NCBI GenBank assembly: GCA_040766985.1
Contig: JAXGPL010000009.1
Span: forward strand, 56,963-120,962
From: Bacillota bacterium
GTDB taxonomy: Bacteria; Bacillota; Sulfobacillia; JAUYEG01
Length of the DNA stretch: 64,000 bases
Direction: 5' to 3'
Under the pieces are notes generated by a model. That model saw nothing but the letters and a program-made list of their open reading frames with translations. It made no database searches and was not told the origin of the DNA. Below are positions 1 to 10,310 of this stretch, piece after piece; positions within the stretch are counted from its first letter, which is position 1; each line of letters begins with the position of its first letter. The translations under genes and the position numbers were made by a program.

Positions 1-197
1 TCGGCCTGAAGGAGTACCGTCCCCTGGTCTGGCCCCTGGTGGGCCTTGTGGTTGTCGCCGCCGCCGGCATGATTCGCGAATCGTCGATCATCCCGGCCAT
101 TACCACCAAGAGCCTGACGATCATCTTTCAGATACCGCTTATCTACATCTTCCCGCCTCTGGCGCTGGGGATCGCAAGGCTGGGGAGACTGCCCACA
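1..197 (+). CDS. 3' end of a polytopic membrane protein (partial, enters from upstream)
   Basis: Open frame 3 from the window edge to TGA at ~195-197. Hydrophobic helices (PLVWPLVGLVVVAAAGMIRESSIIPAITTKSLTIIFQIPLIYIFPPLALG). Overlaps the next ORF start by ATGA. Confidence 0.35.
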
Positions 198-211
198 GGG
201 AGGGCGGGAAG

Positions 212-436
212 ATGATCGCCGGCGCCGTGGCAGTCGCTGTTGTCTACGTGCTTGTCGCCTGGTTCGAGGTGCCCGGCCTCGTCCAGAGGCGGCTCTGGGG
301 AGAACTGCGGGCCTTCCTGGTTCTCGATGTCCTGGCGATGGTGCTCTCCATCCTCTATGCCCTCGACGTCCCCTTGCCCAACATCATTAGGGGCATGCAG
401 TATCTGATCGAGGACGTCCTACACCTCACCTACTAG
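212..436 (+). CDS. small membrane protein (2 predicted TM helices), hypothetical
   Basis: 74-aa ORF, hydrophobic, translationally coupled (ATGA) to the upstream partial membrane-protein gene. Confidence 0.4.
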   Translation: MIAGAVAVAVVYVLVAWFEVPGLVQRRLWGELRAFLVLDVLAMVLSILYALDVPLPNIIRGMQYLIEDVLHLTY

Positions 437-680
437 GTTCTTCGGGTTCCGGATCGCCTGTGAGCGGCTCCAGCATCCTGCCGCAATAGGGGCATTGCGA
501 GGGGGCGCTGGATGCCGAGTACGACGGCAAACCGCACGCCGGGCAGGTGCATTTGATCACGTCCTATCGCCTCCCCGGGGCCCCTGACGGGCCCGATGGC
601 TCTGATACTCCCCGCACCGGGCTAGTGTATGCGAGGGCAGGCAGTGACAGGCGGGCCGGCGAAAAGGTCTCCCACGGAGG

Positions 681-3600
681 GTGATCATGGGGCGACCGTT
701 TGTTCATTTGCACGTTCATACCGAATACAGCCTGCTTGATGGCTATTGCCGCCTTGACCGGCTGGCCGAGGCAGCCGCCGGCATGGGCATGCCGGCCGTG
801 GCTATGACCGACCACGGGGCGATGTACGGGACGATCGACTTCTACAAAGCCTGCGAGGCTGCAGGCGTCAAGCCCCTCGTCGGGTGCGAGCTCTACGTAG
901 CTCAACGCACCCGGTTCGACCGGGTGGCGAAGCAGGATGACGACCCGTACCACCTGACAGTCATCGCCGAAAACCAGCAGGGCTACAGCAACTTGCTCAA
1001 GCTGGTTTCGGCTGGTTTCACCGAAGGGCTCTACTACAAACCGCGCATCGACGAAGAACTGCTGGCACGGTACAACAGCGGCCTGATCGTTCTTTCGGGG
1101 TGTATCGCGGGGCAGATTCCGCGCCTGATTCTCGCCAACAACCTCGCCGAGGCCAGGTCGCTGGCTGCACACTACCGCGATTTATTCGGCAAGGGCAACT
1201 TCTTTCTTGAGCTGCAGGACCAGAGGATCGACGGACAGCGCCAGGTCAACCGGGCCTTGCTGGAGATGGCGAGGGGTCTTGACCTCGGAGTCGTCGCAAC
1301 CAATGACGCGCACTACATCCGGCGCGAGGACGCCCGGGTCCACGATACCCTGCTTTGCATCCAGACCCTCAAGACAGTGGACGATCCGGACCGGATGCGG
1401 TTTCCGAATGACGAGTTTTACCTCAAATCTGGCGACGAGATGGCCGGCCTGTGGTGGGATCACCCGGAGGCGATCGACAACACCCTGGCGATCGCCGAGC
1501 GCTGCAACGTGACATTCGATCTGGGCAAGGTCTTCCTTCCGCACTACGAGATCCCGCCTGGTCACGATGCGGATTCCTTCCTGCGCCACCTGTGCATGGA
1601 GCGGATCGCGAGTCGCTACCCGGACCCGCAGCCCCTGCACCTTGAGCGGCTGGAGTACGAGCTGGGACTGATCAAGCGTACCGGGTACGCGGGTTACTTC
1701 CTGATCGTCGCCGACTTCGTCGACTTCGCCCGCCGCAACGAGATCCCGGTCGGGCCGGGCAGGGGAAGCGGCGCGTCGAGCATTGTCGCCTACATCCTGG
1801 GCATCACCAACATCTGCCCGCTCACGTACAATCTTCAGTTCGACCGCTTCCTGAACCCCGAACGCGTGGACCCGCCGGACTTTGATATCGACTTCTGCTA
1901 CGAACGTCGCGACGAGGTCATCAAGTACGTGTTCGAAAAATACGGGCGCGACAGCGTAGCCCAGATCATCACGTTCGGGACAATGGCCGCCAGGGCTGCG
2001 GTGCGGGACGTCGGGCGCGCGCTGAATATGACCTACGCCGAGGTCGATAGGATCGCCAAGCTGATACCATTCGGGGCGCCGACGGTCGAAAAGGCCCTGG
2101 AGATGTCGCCCGAGCTGGCCGACGCGTCCGCCAGCGACGCCGCCGTCAAGGATCTGCTGGACCTGGCGGCCAACGTCGAGGGGCTCCCGCGCCACGCCTC
2201 GGTCCACGCGGCGGGCGTTGTGATCTCGCCCGATGCGATCACCGAGCACGTGCCGCTGCACCGTACCGGCGACGGCGTGGTGATGACCCAGTTCGGCATG
2301 GACACCCTCAAGGAAATCGGTCTGCTCAAGATGGATTTCCTCGGGCTTCGGACCCTGACCGTGATCGACCATGCCGTCAAGCTGATCAGGCACTCCACGG
2401 GCCGCGACTTTGACATTGAAACCATCCCGCTCGACGACCCCGAGGTGTACGCAATGCTGCAGCACGGCGACACCCTCGGCGTGTTCCAGCTCGAGAGCAG
2501 TGGAATGCGCGACCTCGTCCGCGAGGTCAAGGCCAACTGCTTTGAGGACATCGTGGCCTGTGTCGCGCTGTATCGCCCCGGACCGATGCGCAATATCCCG
2601 GAGTACGTCAAGGCTAAGCACTCACAGGTGCGCCATTACCTTCACCCGTTGCTTGAACCGGTTCTCCGCGACACCTACGGGGTAATTATCTACCAGGAAC
2701 AGGTCATGGCTATCGCCCACATCATGGCCGGATTTACGCTGGCCCAGGGTGACATGCTCAGGCGGGCCATGGGCAAGAAGAAGAAGGAGATCATGGACGA
2801 GTACCGGGCCAAGTTCGTTTCGGGATGCATCGCCAACGGGCACCCCGAGGAGTTGGCCGGCAAGCTCTATGACCTGATCGAGGAGTTCGCGGGTTATGGT
2901 TTCAACAAGGCTCACACCGCCCCGTACGGCCTGCTCGCTTACCAGACGGCGTACCTCAAGTGCCACTATCCCGTGCAGTTCATGGCGTCGTTCCTGTCGA
3001 GCATCATCGGCGATACCGACAAGATCGCCCGTTACGTCGAGGAGTGCCGGCGGCTCAACGTGGCCGTGCTGCCGCCCGACGTCAACCGGTCGGAGGCCAA
3101 CTACACGGTTGAGGACGGCAAGGTTCGCGTGGGTATGGCGGCACATTAAGAACGTCGGCATCGGGGCGATCAACAACCTCGTTGAAGAGCGTACGGCCAA
3201 CGGCCCGTTCCGCGGCCTCGGCGACCTTTGCCGTCGCGCCGACACCCGGCAGCTCAACAAGCGAGCTCTGGAGAGCCTGATCAAGGCGGGGGCGATGGAC
3301 TCGTTTGGGGCCACGCGAAGCCAATTGCTGGCCGTACTCGACCAGACCCTTGAGCGTTCGGCCGCGGCCCAGCGCCGGAGGATCAACGGGCAGGTATCGC
3401 TGTTTGACATTGCTCCGTCCGAAGCAGCCGCCGTCGTGGACGATGACGTGCCCCTGCCGGCCGATCAGGCCGAGTTTCCGACGAGCATGCTCTTGAACAT
3501 GGAGAAGGAGTTGCTCGGCATCTATGTCAGCGGCCACCCTCTCGGCCAATACGAGAGGGCCATCCGCGAGCGGACAACGGCGCAGGCGGCGGATCTGGCG

Positions 3601-4098
3601 GAGATGGCCGAGGGCGGCAGGGTGACCCTCGGCGGCTTGGCCGTCCAGATGCGGCGCATCACGACCAAGAACGGCGAGCCGATGGCCTTCCTCACCCTCG
3701 AGGACATGACGGGGCAGGTCGAAGTGGTGATTTTCCCCCGCGTCTACGCTCGCTCGGCGAAGGCCCTCGACGGGGACTCGCCCGTCCTCCTGGTGACCGG
3801 CAAGCTCCAACTGCGCGACGACGAGCCGAAGATCCTCGCTGAAGAGCTCATTCCCATCACCACCGCGGGGCGTTCAAAGGTGTACCTGCGCGTTCCCAAG
3901 AACGACCAGCGCCTCCTGGAGCGGCTACGCGCCACGCTGCAGCTGTGTCACGGGGCTTCGCCGGTTTATCTGTGTTTTGTCCAGCCCAAAAAGACGCTTC
4001 TCACCCACGAGGAGTATTGGGTTGAGCCCGGTCAGGAAATGGTGGAGATGATAGAGGATGTGCTCGGCAGAGGGGCGGTGAGCATTGTTGGACCATGA
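681..4098 (+). CDS. dnaE: DNA polymerase III alpha subunit DnaE, with a +1 frame break near 3143
   Basis: N-terminal PHP-domain signature (FVHLHVHTEYSLLDGY). The C-terminal part (IKNVGIGAINNLVEERTANGPF..., OB-fold region) continues in another frame. The break ...VRVGMAAH* versus ...AAIKNVG fits a 1-nt insertion in gcggcacattaag (~3138-3150). Confidence 0.9.
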
Positions 4099-4342
4099 CC
4101 GGCAATGGGAGGTCGTATTCGACGCCCGCAACTACGCTCAGGCGGGAATGGTCAAGGGGCTCTTGGAGGCCGAGGGGCTTACCGTCACCATGCGTTCACT
4201 TCTGGGGGTCCCCCATCTGGGCTCCAGCGGGCAGGTAAGCGTGCTGGTACCTGACGGGCAGGCGGGCCGTGCCCGCGACCTGATCTCGGCCTACCTCCGC
4301 CATGCGCCCGGGGACCGGCAGGAAGGGTCCGATCCGCAGTGA
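4085..4342 (+). CDS. DUF2007-like small protein (putative signal-transducing domain), hypothetical
   Basis: 85-aa ORF overlapping the dnaE 3' end. Its hydrophobic/charged pattern resembles DUF2007. Weak call. Confidence 0.35.
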   Translation: MLDHDRQWEVVFDARNYAQAGMVKGLLEAEGLTVTMRSLLGVPHLGSSGQVSVLVPDGQAGRARDLISAYLRHAPGDRQEGSDPQ

Positions 4343-5106
4343 GCCTGCGGCCCCGCGCGGGGCAGGGCGCCGGACTCCTTGTGCGGTTTGGAGCAATTAT
4401 CATCATGCTGGGCGTGGGATTTGCGGTACCGGCCTGCGGACCCAAACCGCAGGCCCTGCCGGTGGCGTCCATTCCGTGGTCCGACGGCGAAACCTCAACC
4501 TACATTTGGGTCGAAGGCGGCAACCAGATCGGCACGGGGGTTTTCAGCCAGAGCCTGTCCGAACGCGGCTGGCTGATTCACAACACCGCCGTGATCGGGG
4601 AAATGCGGCATACCGGCGATGTCCTAGCCGACCAGCAGACGTGGGCCCCGGTCAGCTCGACGGTGGCCAACGAGGGATCGCTCCCCGAGTTCGCGATCGA
4701 AGCAACGTACGACGGGGCCGCCGGTCGGGTTCAACTCGTGGCCCATACCCTCCAGGGCGATCACGAGTTGGCGGTCAGGCTTCCTGCGGGGCACTACATC
4801 GATAACGAGCAACTCCTGACGACGATCCGCGCGTTTCCCCTTCGCGAGGGCTATAGGTTCACCGTCAACCTGATCAACACCGCCGGAGGGCAAAAGGTCA
4901 CCGTGCCCCTTGAGGTCAAGGGTGTCGAAACCGTCGCCCTCGCGGTCGAGGGTTTGCCCGGCGAAGAGCACCAGGCGTACCGCGTGTCTTTGCTCGGCGG
5001 CGTGCAGACAGCGTGGTACACGGTTGACCCGGCCCATCTCCTGCTGAAGTACGACAACGGTCAGCGGCAGACGTTACTGACCGGGTATATTCCGGGCTTG
5101 CGCTAA
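4339..5106 (+). CDS. secreted or lipoprotein-like hypothetical protein
   Basis: N-terminal hydrophobic segment followed by Cys (GFAVPACGPKPQ). Overlaps the upstream stop (GTGA). No recognisable catalytic motif. Confidence 0.45.
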   Translation: MSLRPRAGQGAGLLVRFGAIIIMLGVGFAVPACGPKPQALPVASIPWSDGETSTYIWVEGGNQIGTGVFSQSLSERGWLIHNTAVIGEMRHTGDVLADQQTWAPVSSTVANEGSLPEFAIEATYDGAAGRVQLVAHTLQGDHELAVRLPAGHYIDNEQLLTTIRAFPLREGYRFTVNLINTAGGQKVTVPLEVKGVETVALAVEGLPGEEHQAYRVSLLGGVQTAWYTVDPAHLLLKYDNGQRQTLLTGYIPGLR

Positions 5107-5174
5107 GCTCAGCTCCGGGCTGGAGTGGGTAAGTCCGGCAACTCCGAGGCCTGTCCTCGGGGCACGCTAAGGAC

Positions 5175-5588
5175 ATGGAGGTTCCGGGTCGCATGGGTCC
5201 CGACGGTCTTCGTTTGTGGCCGGCCGCCGAATGGCTCCGCCCGCTCCTGATTGTCGCGGGAGCGCTCGAGGTCGGCCTGTTCGGTCTGCCCCTGATGTTC
5301 TTCGGCCAGTACATCCAGCCGTTTGTTAGGCACTGGGACCCCCACATTTACAAGGAGTACGGCGTCGCCAGGATCGTGTTCGGCATTGCGTTCCTGCTGG
5401 CAGCGCGCCGCGATGCGGGGGCGCGCCGGTTTGGCGGGATTGTGGCGCTGCTGTTCTATGGCCTCAACATCGCAGTCTCGCTCTTTGACCTCGCCACCGG
5501 CAACGTCGCGCGGATTGAGTGGGCGGTCGTGCTGTATAGCCTCGTCTTGGCCACGGGCTTTGCGGCGGCGACTGCCCGCGGCCGCTGA
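5175..5588 (+). CDS. integral membrane protein, hypothetical (4 TM)
   Basis: 137 aa, strongly hydrophobic helices. Confidence 0.4.
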   Translation: MEVPGRMGPDGLRLWPAAEWLRPLLIVAGALEVGLFGLPLMFFGQYIQPFVRHWDPHIYKEYGVARIVFGIAFLLAARRDAGARRFGGIVALLFYGLNIAVSLFDLATGNVARIEWAVVLYSLVLATGFAAATARGR

Positions 5589-5705
5589 CCAGGGGTGGAC
5601 CAGGCCGGGGGGAGCCGGCCGTGGGGAGCCAGGCTAGCGGGCCATGGTGGTTTTCGTCCATAGTGTACAGGTCATTGTCGTGAGCACCTCGCTGAAAAGG
5701 GGTAT

Positions 5706-6332
5706 GTGGACATGGAAGTGCAAGAGGCCATCCGCCGCCGGCGGTCGATCCGTAGGTTCGTAAGCACTCCGGTGCCCGAGGAGGCGATCGAGGCCATGCT
5801 TGAGGCCGCCCGACTGGCGCCATCGGGCGGCAACGGGCAGGGTTGGGCCTTTGGTGTCGTGACCGACAGGGGACAGATCGAGCGCCTTGCGCGGGCGGCC
5901 GGCAACCAATCCTGGATCGCCTCGGCGCCCCTGGTTTTCGCACTCTGTGGCAGGATCGACTTCGTCCTCGCCGACCTCCCGGAAGACGACTATGCTCTCG
6001 AGGTCAACCGGGACCGCTTCGGAAGAGATTTCATCGACTACCTTCGGGCGTTCCCGGGTCAAAGGCAGGTTTCCATGCTCTTCAACAACGCGGCCCCGGT
6101 GATCCCGGGCGAGCATATCGCACTCACGGCCGCATCGCTTGGCCTCGGCAGTTGCTGGATCGGGCACCTCAATGTGCGTGAGGCATCTGCAGTGCTCGGG
6201 CTCCCACCTGAAATCGCCTGCCTGTTCCTGTTGCCGGTCGGCTACCCCGACGCGCCTCCGCGACCGCTAACGCGCAAGCCGCTTGCGGAAATCACCTTTA
6301 GGGACCGGTGGCCAGGGCCTGCCGCCGGTTGA
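5706..6332 (+). CDS. nitroreductase family protein (FMN-dependent)
   Basis: RRSIRRF...GGNGQGW motif and length typical of NfnB/nitroreductase-fold proteins. Confidence 0.8.
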   Translation: MDMEVQEAIRRRRSIRRFVSTPVPEEAIEAMLEAARLAPSGGNGQGWAFGVVTDRGQIERLARAAGNQSWIASAPLVFALCGRIDFVLADLPEDDYALEVNRDRFGRDFIDYLRAFPGQRQVSMLFNNAAPVIPGEHIALTAASLGLGSCWIGHLNVREASAVLGLPPEIACLFLLPVGYPDAPPRPLTRKPLAEITFRDRWPGPAAG

Positions 6333-6519
6333 CGTAACACGTCGGCGACCGGCCCCATTGCCCAGATATATCAGACAATTACGATTTGTCCTCTCACCTT
6401 TGAGTCAGTACCGCAAGTAATTGAAAAACATGGCGGAATTGCCCCTTAGAAAATGAAACCCCTTCCCGCACGACTCGTATCACTTCAGGTTTTCACACAC
6501 ACCGGACGCGAAGAAGAGG

Positions 6520-6744
6520 TTGGACATGATGCTCACACCCACCGAAGTCGTCCACGAAGGCACGATCGCCCCCGAGGTCGTCACCGGGCTGGTTAGAGAC
6601 CTCGGATCCCTAGGATACGAAGCACGGCCCGTACTCGTCCAACCCGGTGTCGCGGCCCGCGGCCCGAGGTGTGGCAGGGGATCCCGGTTCGGGCATGGCG
6701 ACCAGTGGCAAGTGGCGAGTTTCGGGACGCACAGCAACCTGTAG
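6520..6744 (+). CDS. small conserved protein A (copy 1) of duplicated cassette
   Basis: 74-aa ORF with an RBS (aagagg) behind an AT-rich island. Paralogous to ORF 20308..20523 along its whole length (EVVHEGTIAPEVVTGLVRDLGSL..GY...RCGRGSRF vs EVICDGSIGPRLATMMVRDRGQL..GY...RCALGTRL). Nucleotides are diverged, so coding selection is implied. Confidence 0.5.
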   Translation: MDMMLTPTEVVHEGTIAPEVVTGLVRDLGSLGYEARPVLVQPGVAARGPRCGRGSRFGHGDQWQVASFGTHSNL

Positions 6745-6804
6745 CAGCCGATACTACACAGTCGACACAATCCTCAGCACGTATAGCAGAAGGGAAGGAA
6801 GAAC

Positions 6805-6936
6805 ATGGACATCCAGGCGATCATCTCGAAGAAGCTCAACTCGTTCTACATTCCGAGCCTCAACACGACGATCACCACCGGCGATGATCCGACCGCCCAG
6901 GCCAATTGGCTTGACGGGACCCGGCTTTCCCGGTAA
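6805..6936 (+). CDS. small peptide B (copy 1): MDIQAIISKKLNSFYIPSLNTTITTGDDPTAQANWLDGTRLSR
   Basis: 43-aa ORF. Paralog at 20573..20710 shares the MDIQAI..KL start, a DDP motif and WLD near the C-terminus. Conserved RBS-like GAAGGGA.GGA upstream. Too short for the ORF track. Confidence 0.45.
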   Translation: MDIQAIISKKLNSFYIPSLNTTITTGDDPTAQANWLDGTRLSR

Positions 6937-7020
6937 GACACTGAAGGGAAGAACGACGCGGCACAGAACAGGAGAGCCCAAGGCTTTCCTGTTCTGCATC
7001 TTGGCCCGACGGAGGTGCAA

Positions 7021-7737
7021 GTGGTGACCGGCCTTGATGGCTTTCGCAAAGCGCTCAAAGCTAAGGGCAAGAAAGAGCACGTCATCGACGACCTCTGCGC
7101 CCGGGTCCAGGCATTTGAGTCAGCATTGGCAGTGGCGCGGATCCCGCTCAGCGAGGCCGGATTGGAGGACGTCCGGGCTTGGGGATCATCCACAGCGGGG
7201 CCCGGCGCAGCCGGCCCCTCCAAGAACGACCTGCGCGCGCTGGCTCTCTACTACAGCTGGGCGGGCCGTACCGAGTTCGCCAAGGAGCTCTCGCAGTTGC
7301 GCGAGGCGGCCATCGCCAAGACGCGCAAGACCTTTGCGATGCGCGCTTTCCGTGGGGTTGACCAGGACCATATGGACCGCCTCGAACGCGAGGGTATTGT
7401 GGACGTAAGGCAGATGATCGCTGCGGGCGCGACGCCGGCCTTGCGCCGCGCGCTGGCCGACCGCACGGGGATACCTCCGGCTGCCATCGAGGAGTACGTC
7501 AAGCTGGCCGACATCAGCCGCATCGGTGCGGTCAGGGAAGTTCGCGCGCGGTTGTACGTGGATGCGGGCCTGGATACCGTCGACAAGGTCGCCGCTCTTG
7601 ACGCCGAGGAGTTCCGGCGGATTGTCCTCGACCATGTCGAGCGTACGGGCTTTGACGGCGTCGCAACGCTGCCCAAGGAGGCGGCCAACGCAGTGGTGAC
7701 GGCCAGGGCGATTCCGCGGCTGGTAAAGTGGGAGTAG
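7021..7737 (+). CDS. DUF4332-like (helix-hairpin-helix repeat) hypothetical protein
   Basis: GGAGG RBS at 7011-7015 then GTG. Repeated GI.PA.IEEYVKLADISRIGAVRE / GLDTVDKVAALDAEEF motifs typical of DUF4332. Confidence 0.5.
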   Translation: MVTGLDGFRKALKAKGKKEHVIDDLCARVQAFESALAVARIPLSEAGLEDVRAWGSSTAGPGAAGPSKNDLRALALYYSWAGRTEFAKELSQLREAAIAKTRKTFAMRAFRGVDQDHMDRLEREGIVDVRQMIAAGATPALRRALADRTGIPPAAIEEYVKLADISRIGAVREVRARLYVDAGLDTVDKVAALDAEEFRRIVLDHVERTGFDGVATLPKEAANAVVTARAIPRLVKWE

Positions 7738-8207
7738 GGACCGGCCCTCACTCACGCCTCCCCGCCCGCCGGCCTCAGCCAAAACCTGTTCGTCGTACGA
7801 CAGACGGCCCTCCGGTCCATCGCCGCGTCCGGACTGCTCCAGCGCAGCGGCTGGCACGTCCGCTCTCTGCGGGTCATAGGCTCGCGATGCTCGCAGCAGT
7901 CCCTTTCCGCTCCCCGACCATTGGCAGTTCGTGGCGAGGAGAATGGTGGACCAGGTCCGACCCTTCCCCTCTTGTGGTGGGCTGACGAAGACATTCCCCT
8001 CGCCGGCGTGGCGGGGACTTCCCACCGCCTCTCTTGCGGCCCTGCCTGTCCGGACAACTTACGTGCGGCGGCAGGGCATATACTTGCCTCACGGCTGGGT
8101 TACGCTCTGATTGAAGGGAGCCTATCGACCTGCTGTCACTGATTCTCGGTATTCTGGTATCGGCTGCCATCGTCGTCAAAGGGGCGGATTGGTTCGTCGA
8201 GGGTGCG

Positions 8208-9068
8208 GTGTGGCTCGCGCAGCGGATTGGGATCTCCGAGTTGGCCTGCGGCGCGACGATCGTTTCCTTCGGGACCACGCTCCCTGAAGCCGCCGTATCC
8301 ACATATGCTTCGTGGTCCGGCCATCCTGAACTGGCTTTGGGCAACGCACTGGGTTCCTGCATGGCCAACGGGGCGCTGATTCTCGGCGTCTCGGTGGTTC
8401 TCGCAGGTTTCACCCGAGCCGGCCCCGATTTCCGGCGGCGCTGCCTTCAATTGCTGCTGGTGAGCGCCGGCATCTTCGTGGTTTCCAGGCACGGAGCGTT
8501 GGGGCGCCTCGCGTCGCTGGTGCTTCTTCTGGTCATGATCTGGTCCACGGCCAGCGCCTTGCGGAGTACAAATGATGGGAGGGTGGCCTCACGGCCGGCC
8601 GAATCCCCGCCAGGCGAGGAGCATGAAAAGGGCGGTCAAGTGCTCCGGCTCCTGGCCGGCTCTCTCATGATCGCCCTGGGCAGTCGCCTGTTGGTCGGTG
8701 CTGCGACGCAACTGGCGGCGGGGCTCGGCGTAAGCGAGTCGGTCATCGGCCTCTCCCTCGTCGCCGTCGGGACGTCACTCCCGGAACTCGCAACCGCCGT
8801 AACCGCGGGCGCAAGGGCACACGGACAACTGGCGCTGGGCAACGTGCTCGGCGCGAATTTCCTCAACCTGACGCTTGTGCTCGGGCTCGCCGGAGTGATC
8901 CGGCCCGTGCCGGTGGACCAGATCGCAAGAACCTCTTACCTGCCGATTTTTGCGCTGCTTACCTTGGCCCTGTGGGCGATGGCGAAATGGCGGCGCGGCT
9001 TCGGCAGGTTCCACGGAGCTATACTCCTGGGGGCCTATGCGCTCTACATCATGTCGTTGTGGAGGTGA
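8208..9068 (+). CDS. sodium/calcium exchanger (CaCA, YrbG-like) family membrane protein; true start probably upstream (~8124)
   Basis: Two alpha-repeat regions (GTTLPEAAVS..., GTSLPELATAV). The protein-like sequence continues upstream to ~8124 (LLSLILGILVSAAIVVKGADWFVEGA) with no canonical start, so a non-canonical start or an indel is likely. Confidence 0.8.
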   Translation: MWLAQRIGISELACGATIVSFGTTLPEAAVSTYASWSGHPELALGNALGSCMANGALILGVSVVLAGFTRAGPDFRRRCLQLLLVSAGIFVVSRHGALGRLASLVLLLVMIWSTASALRSTNDGRVASRPAESPPGEEHEKGGQVLRLLAGSLMIALGSRLLVGAATQLAAGLGVSESVIGLSLVAVGTSLPELATAVTAGARAHGQLALGNVLGANFLNLTLVLGLAGVIRPVPVDQIARTSYLPIFALLTLALWAMAKWRRGFGRFHGAILLGAYALYIMSLWR

Positions 9069-9074
9069 GGCTCA

Positions 9075-9097
9075 GCGGGCGCGGTCAGGCCGCCCGC
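9075..9097. terminator. GC-rich hairpin between convergent genes (possible bidirectional terminator)
   Basis: gcgggcg-N9-cgcccgc inverted repeat between the CaCA stop (9068) and the peptidase stop (9114). No clear U-tract. Confidence 0.3.
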
Positions 9098-9113
9098 ACC
9101 AACCCCCTGGCGC

Positions 9114-10310
9114 TCAGGCCCTCAGTTGGGCCGCGAAATCCGCCGCCACCGGTTGGCCGCTGATTTCTTCCAGCAGGCAAAGGAACCGCTCTGTGTTGTT
9201 CACTCCGCTCAGGTACATCTCGCGTAGGAGGCGGGACATCGCCGCCTCGCCGATCCGCGCCGCCAGGTCCCAGAGCAGGACGCAGCCCTTGCCATACAAC
9301 ACCGGGTAGGCCTTTTCGTGGCTGCGCGGCAGCCTGAAGATCGGCGGAAGTCCAGCCGTCGCCTCGCGCTTAGCGGCGATCAGCTCCTCTGCCGCGGCCG
9401 ACCCGTAGCGTTCTCTGACTGCCGCCAGCGCACTGTACTCAGCCACAGATTCGTTAAGCCAATCCTCCCACGTCGTCACGTCCGCGCGCCACCACCACAG
9501 ATGCGCAGTCTCGTGGCCGACCCACTTGAACATTCGCTCCGGCTCGATCTTCTCGGGAGTCAGTACAACCAGCCCCGGCCGAGTATAGCCCCCTCCCTTC
9601 TCACGTGGAGCGAGGACGATCCGCAACTGGCCGCTGTGCCGTCCGAACCACCTACCGAACCGTTCCATCACCCATTTGCCGTCGCTCAGAATGGCGGAAG
9701 CCAATTCCCCATCGGACGTCCGCGTGTGAACGACGCTCAACTCCGCCTCCCGTAGTTCGCGGAGCTCCGGCGCAGCAATGATAACGCAGTCGTTGCCCGG
9801 CCCGGCCGAAGCCAGGCGCCAGCCCTTGTTGCTGAACTGGATGGTGCCGCTGCCCGTGACCTGGTAACCCGGTATCGGCCCGATCTCGACGATGTACTCA
9901 AACGGCGCGTATGCCACGTCAAACGGAAACCAGGGGGTATACAGCCCCAGCTCCACCCATTCGGGCGTGAGCCGGTTAACCTCCCAGGTCTGGACGATAC
10001 CGAACGTCAGCCGGTACGCCATCTCAATCCGCAGGGAGGACCTCAGGGCAAGCCCGTCCTTAGGTCTCAGCACAAGCGTGGATGCCTCCTCGGCATATTG
10101 AGCCGGCGAGCCGGGCCGCAGTTCCCAGGTCACAGGAGGGTCGCATTGCAGGCGGAGGATATCCGCGCTCTTGTGCAGGGCAAACACTGCCTCGCGCGCA
10201 CCCTCGGGCCACTGCCATTCGACGGCCGCCGTGACCAAAGCAGTTCCCTTCGCAGGTTCGAGGTTGACCTCGAATCGGTAACGATTTGGCTCAGGCTTGG
10301 AGTGAGTCAT
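9114..10310 (-). CDS. M1-family-like zinc metallopeptidase (HExxH...E gluzincin)
   Basis: HETAHLWWW plus the downstream WLNESVAEY glutamate. Start chosen at the internal MTHSKPEP, which overlaps the upstream cupin stop (ATGA). The longer ORF to 10454 is probably an upstream extension. Confidence 0.7.
   Translation of the reverse strand: MTHSKPEPNRYRFEVNLEPAKGTALVTAAVEWQWPEGAREAVFALHKSADILRLQCDPPVTWELRPGSPAQYAEEASTLVLRPKDGLALRSSLRIEMAYRLTFGIVQTWEVNRLTPEWVELGLYTPWFPFDVAYAPFEYIVEIGPIPGYQVTGSGTIQFSNKGWRLASAGPGNDCVIIAAPELRELREAELSVVHTRTSDGELASAILSDGKWVMERFGRWFGRHSGQLRIVLAPREKGGGYTRPGLVVLTPEKIEPERMFKWVGHETAHLWWWRADVTTWEDWLNESVAEYSALAAVRERYGSAAAEELIAAKREATAGLPPIFRLPRSHEKAYPVLYGKGCVLLWDLAARIGEAAMSRLLREMYLSGVNNTERFLCLLEEISGQPVAADFAAQLRA

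Noticed and set aside
1182-3410. Long minus-strand ORFs (479 aa, 262 aa) antisense to dnaE. Similar antisense or overlapping ORFs at 7186..8025, 21526..22302, 12313..12933 and the N-terminal two-thirds of 30129..31361
   Set aside because: Typical high-GC antisense open frames. They have no RBS, no domain signatures and completely overlap well-supported genes.
6742-6810. Stop-codon read-through or recoding fusing small ORF A to peptide B
   Set aside because: B is in frame with A in copy 1 (but with two in-frame TAG codons between) and in the +1 frame in copy 2. No conserved recoding geometry.
6805-6936. Peptide B as a lasso-peptide precursor (YxPxL-like leader, Thr near putative cleavage site)
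   Set aside because: Neither copy has an Asp/Glu at core positions 7-9 after a G/A/S/C start, and no lasso cyclase/protease genes are nearby. Kept only as a generic precursor-like observation.
8124-8207. Non-canonical (CTG/ATC) translation start for the CaCA gene
   Set aside because: Cannot distinguish from an upstream indel given the demonstrated indel errors elsewhere. Reported under the gene rather than as a novel initiation event.
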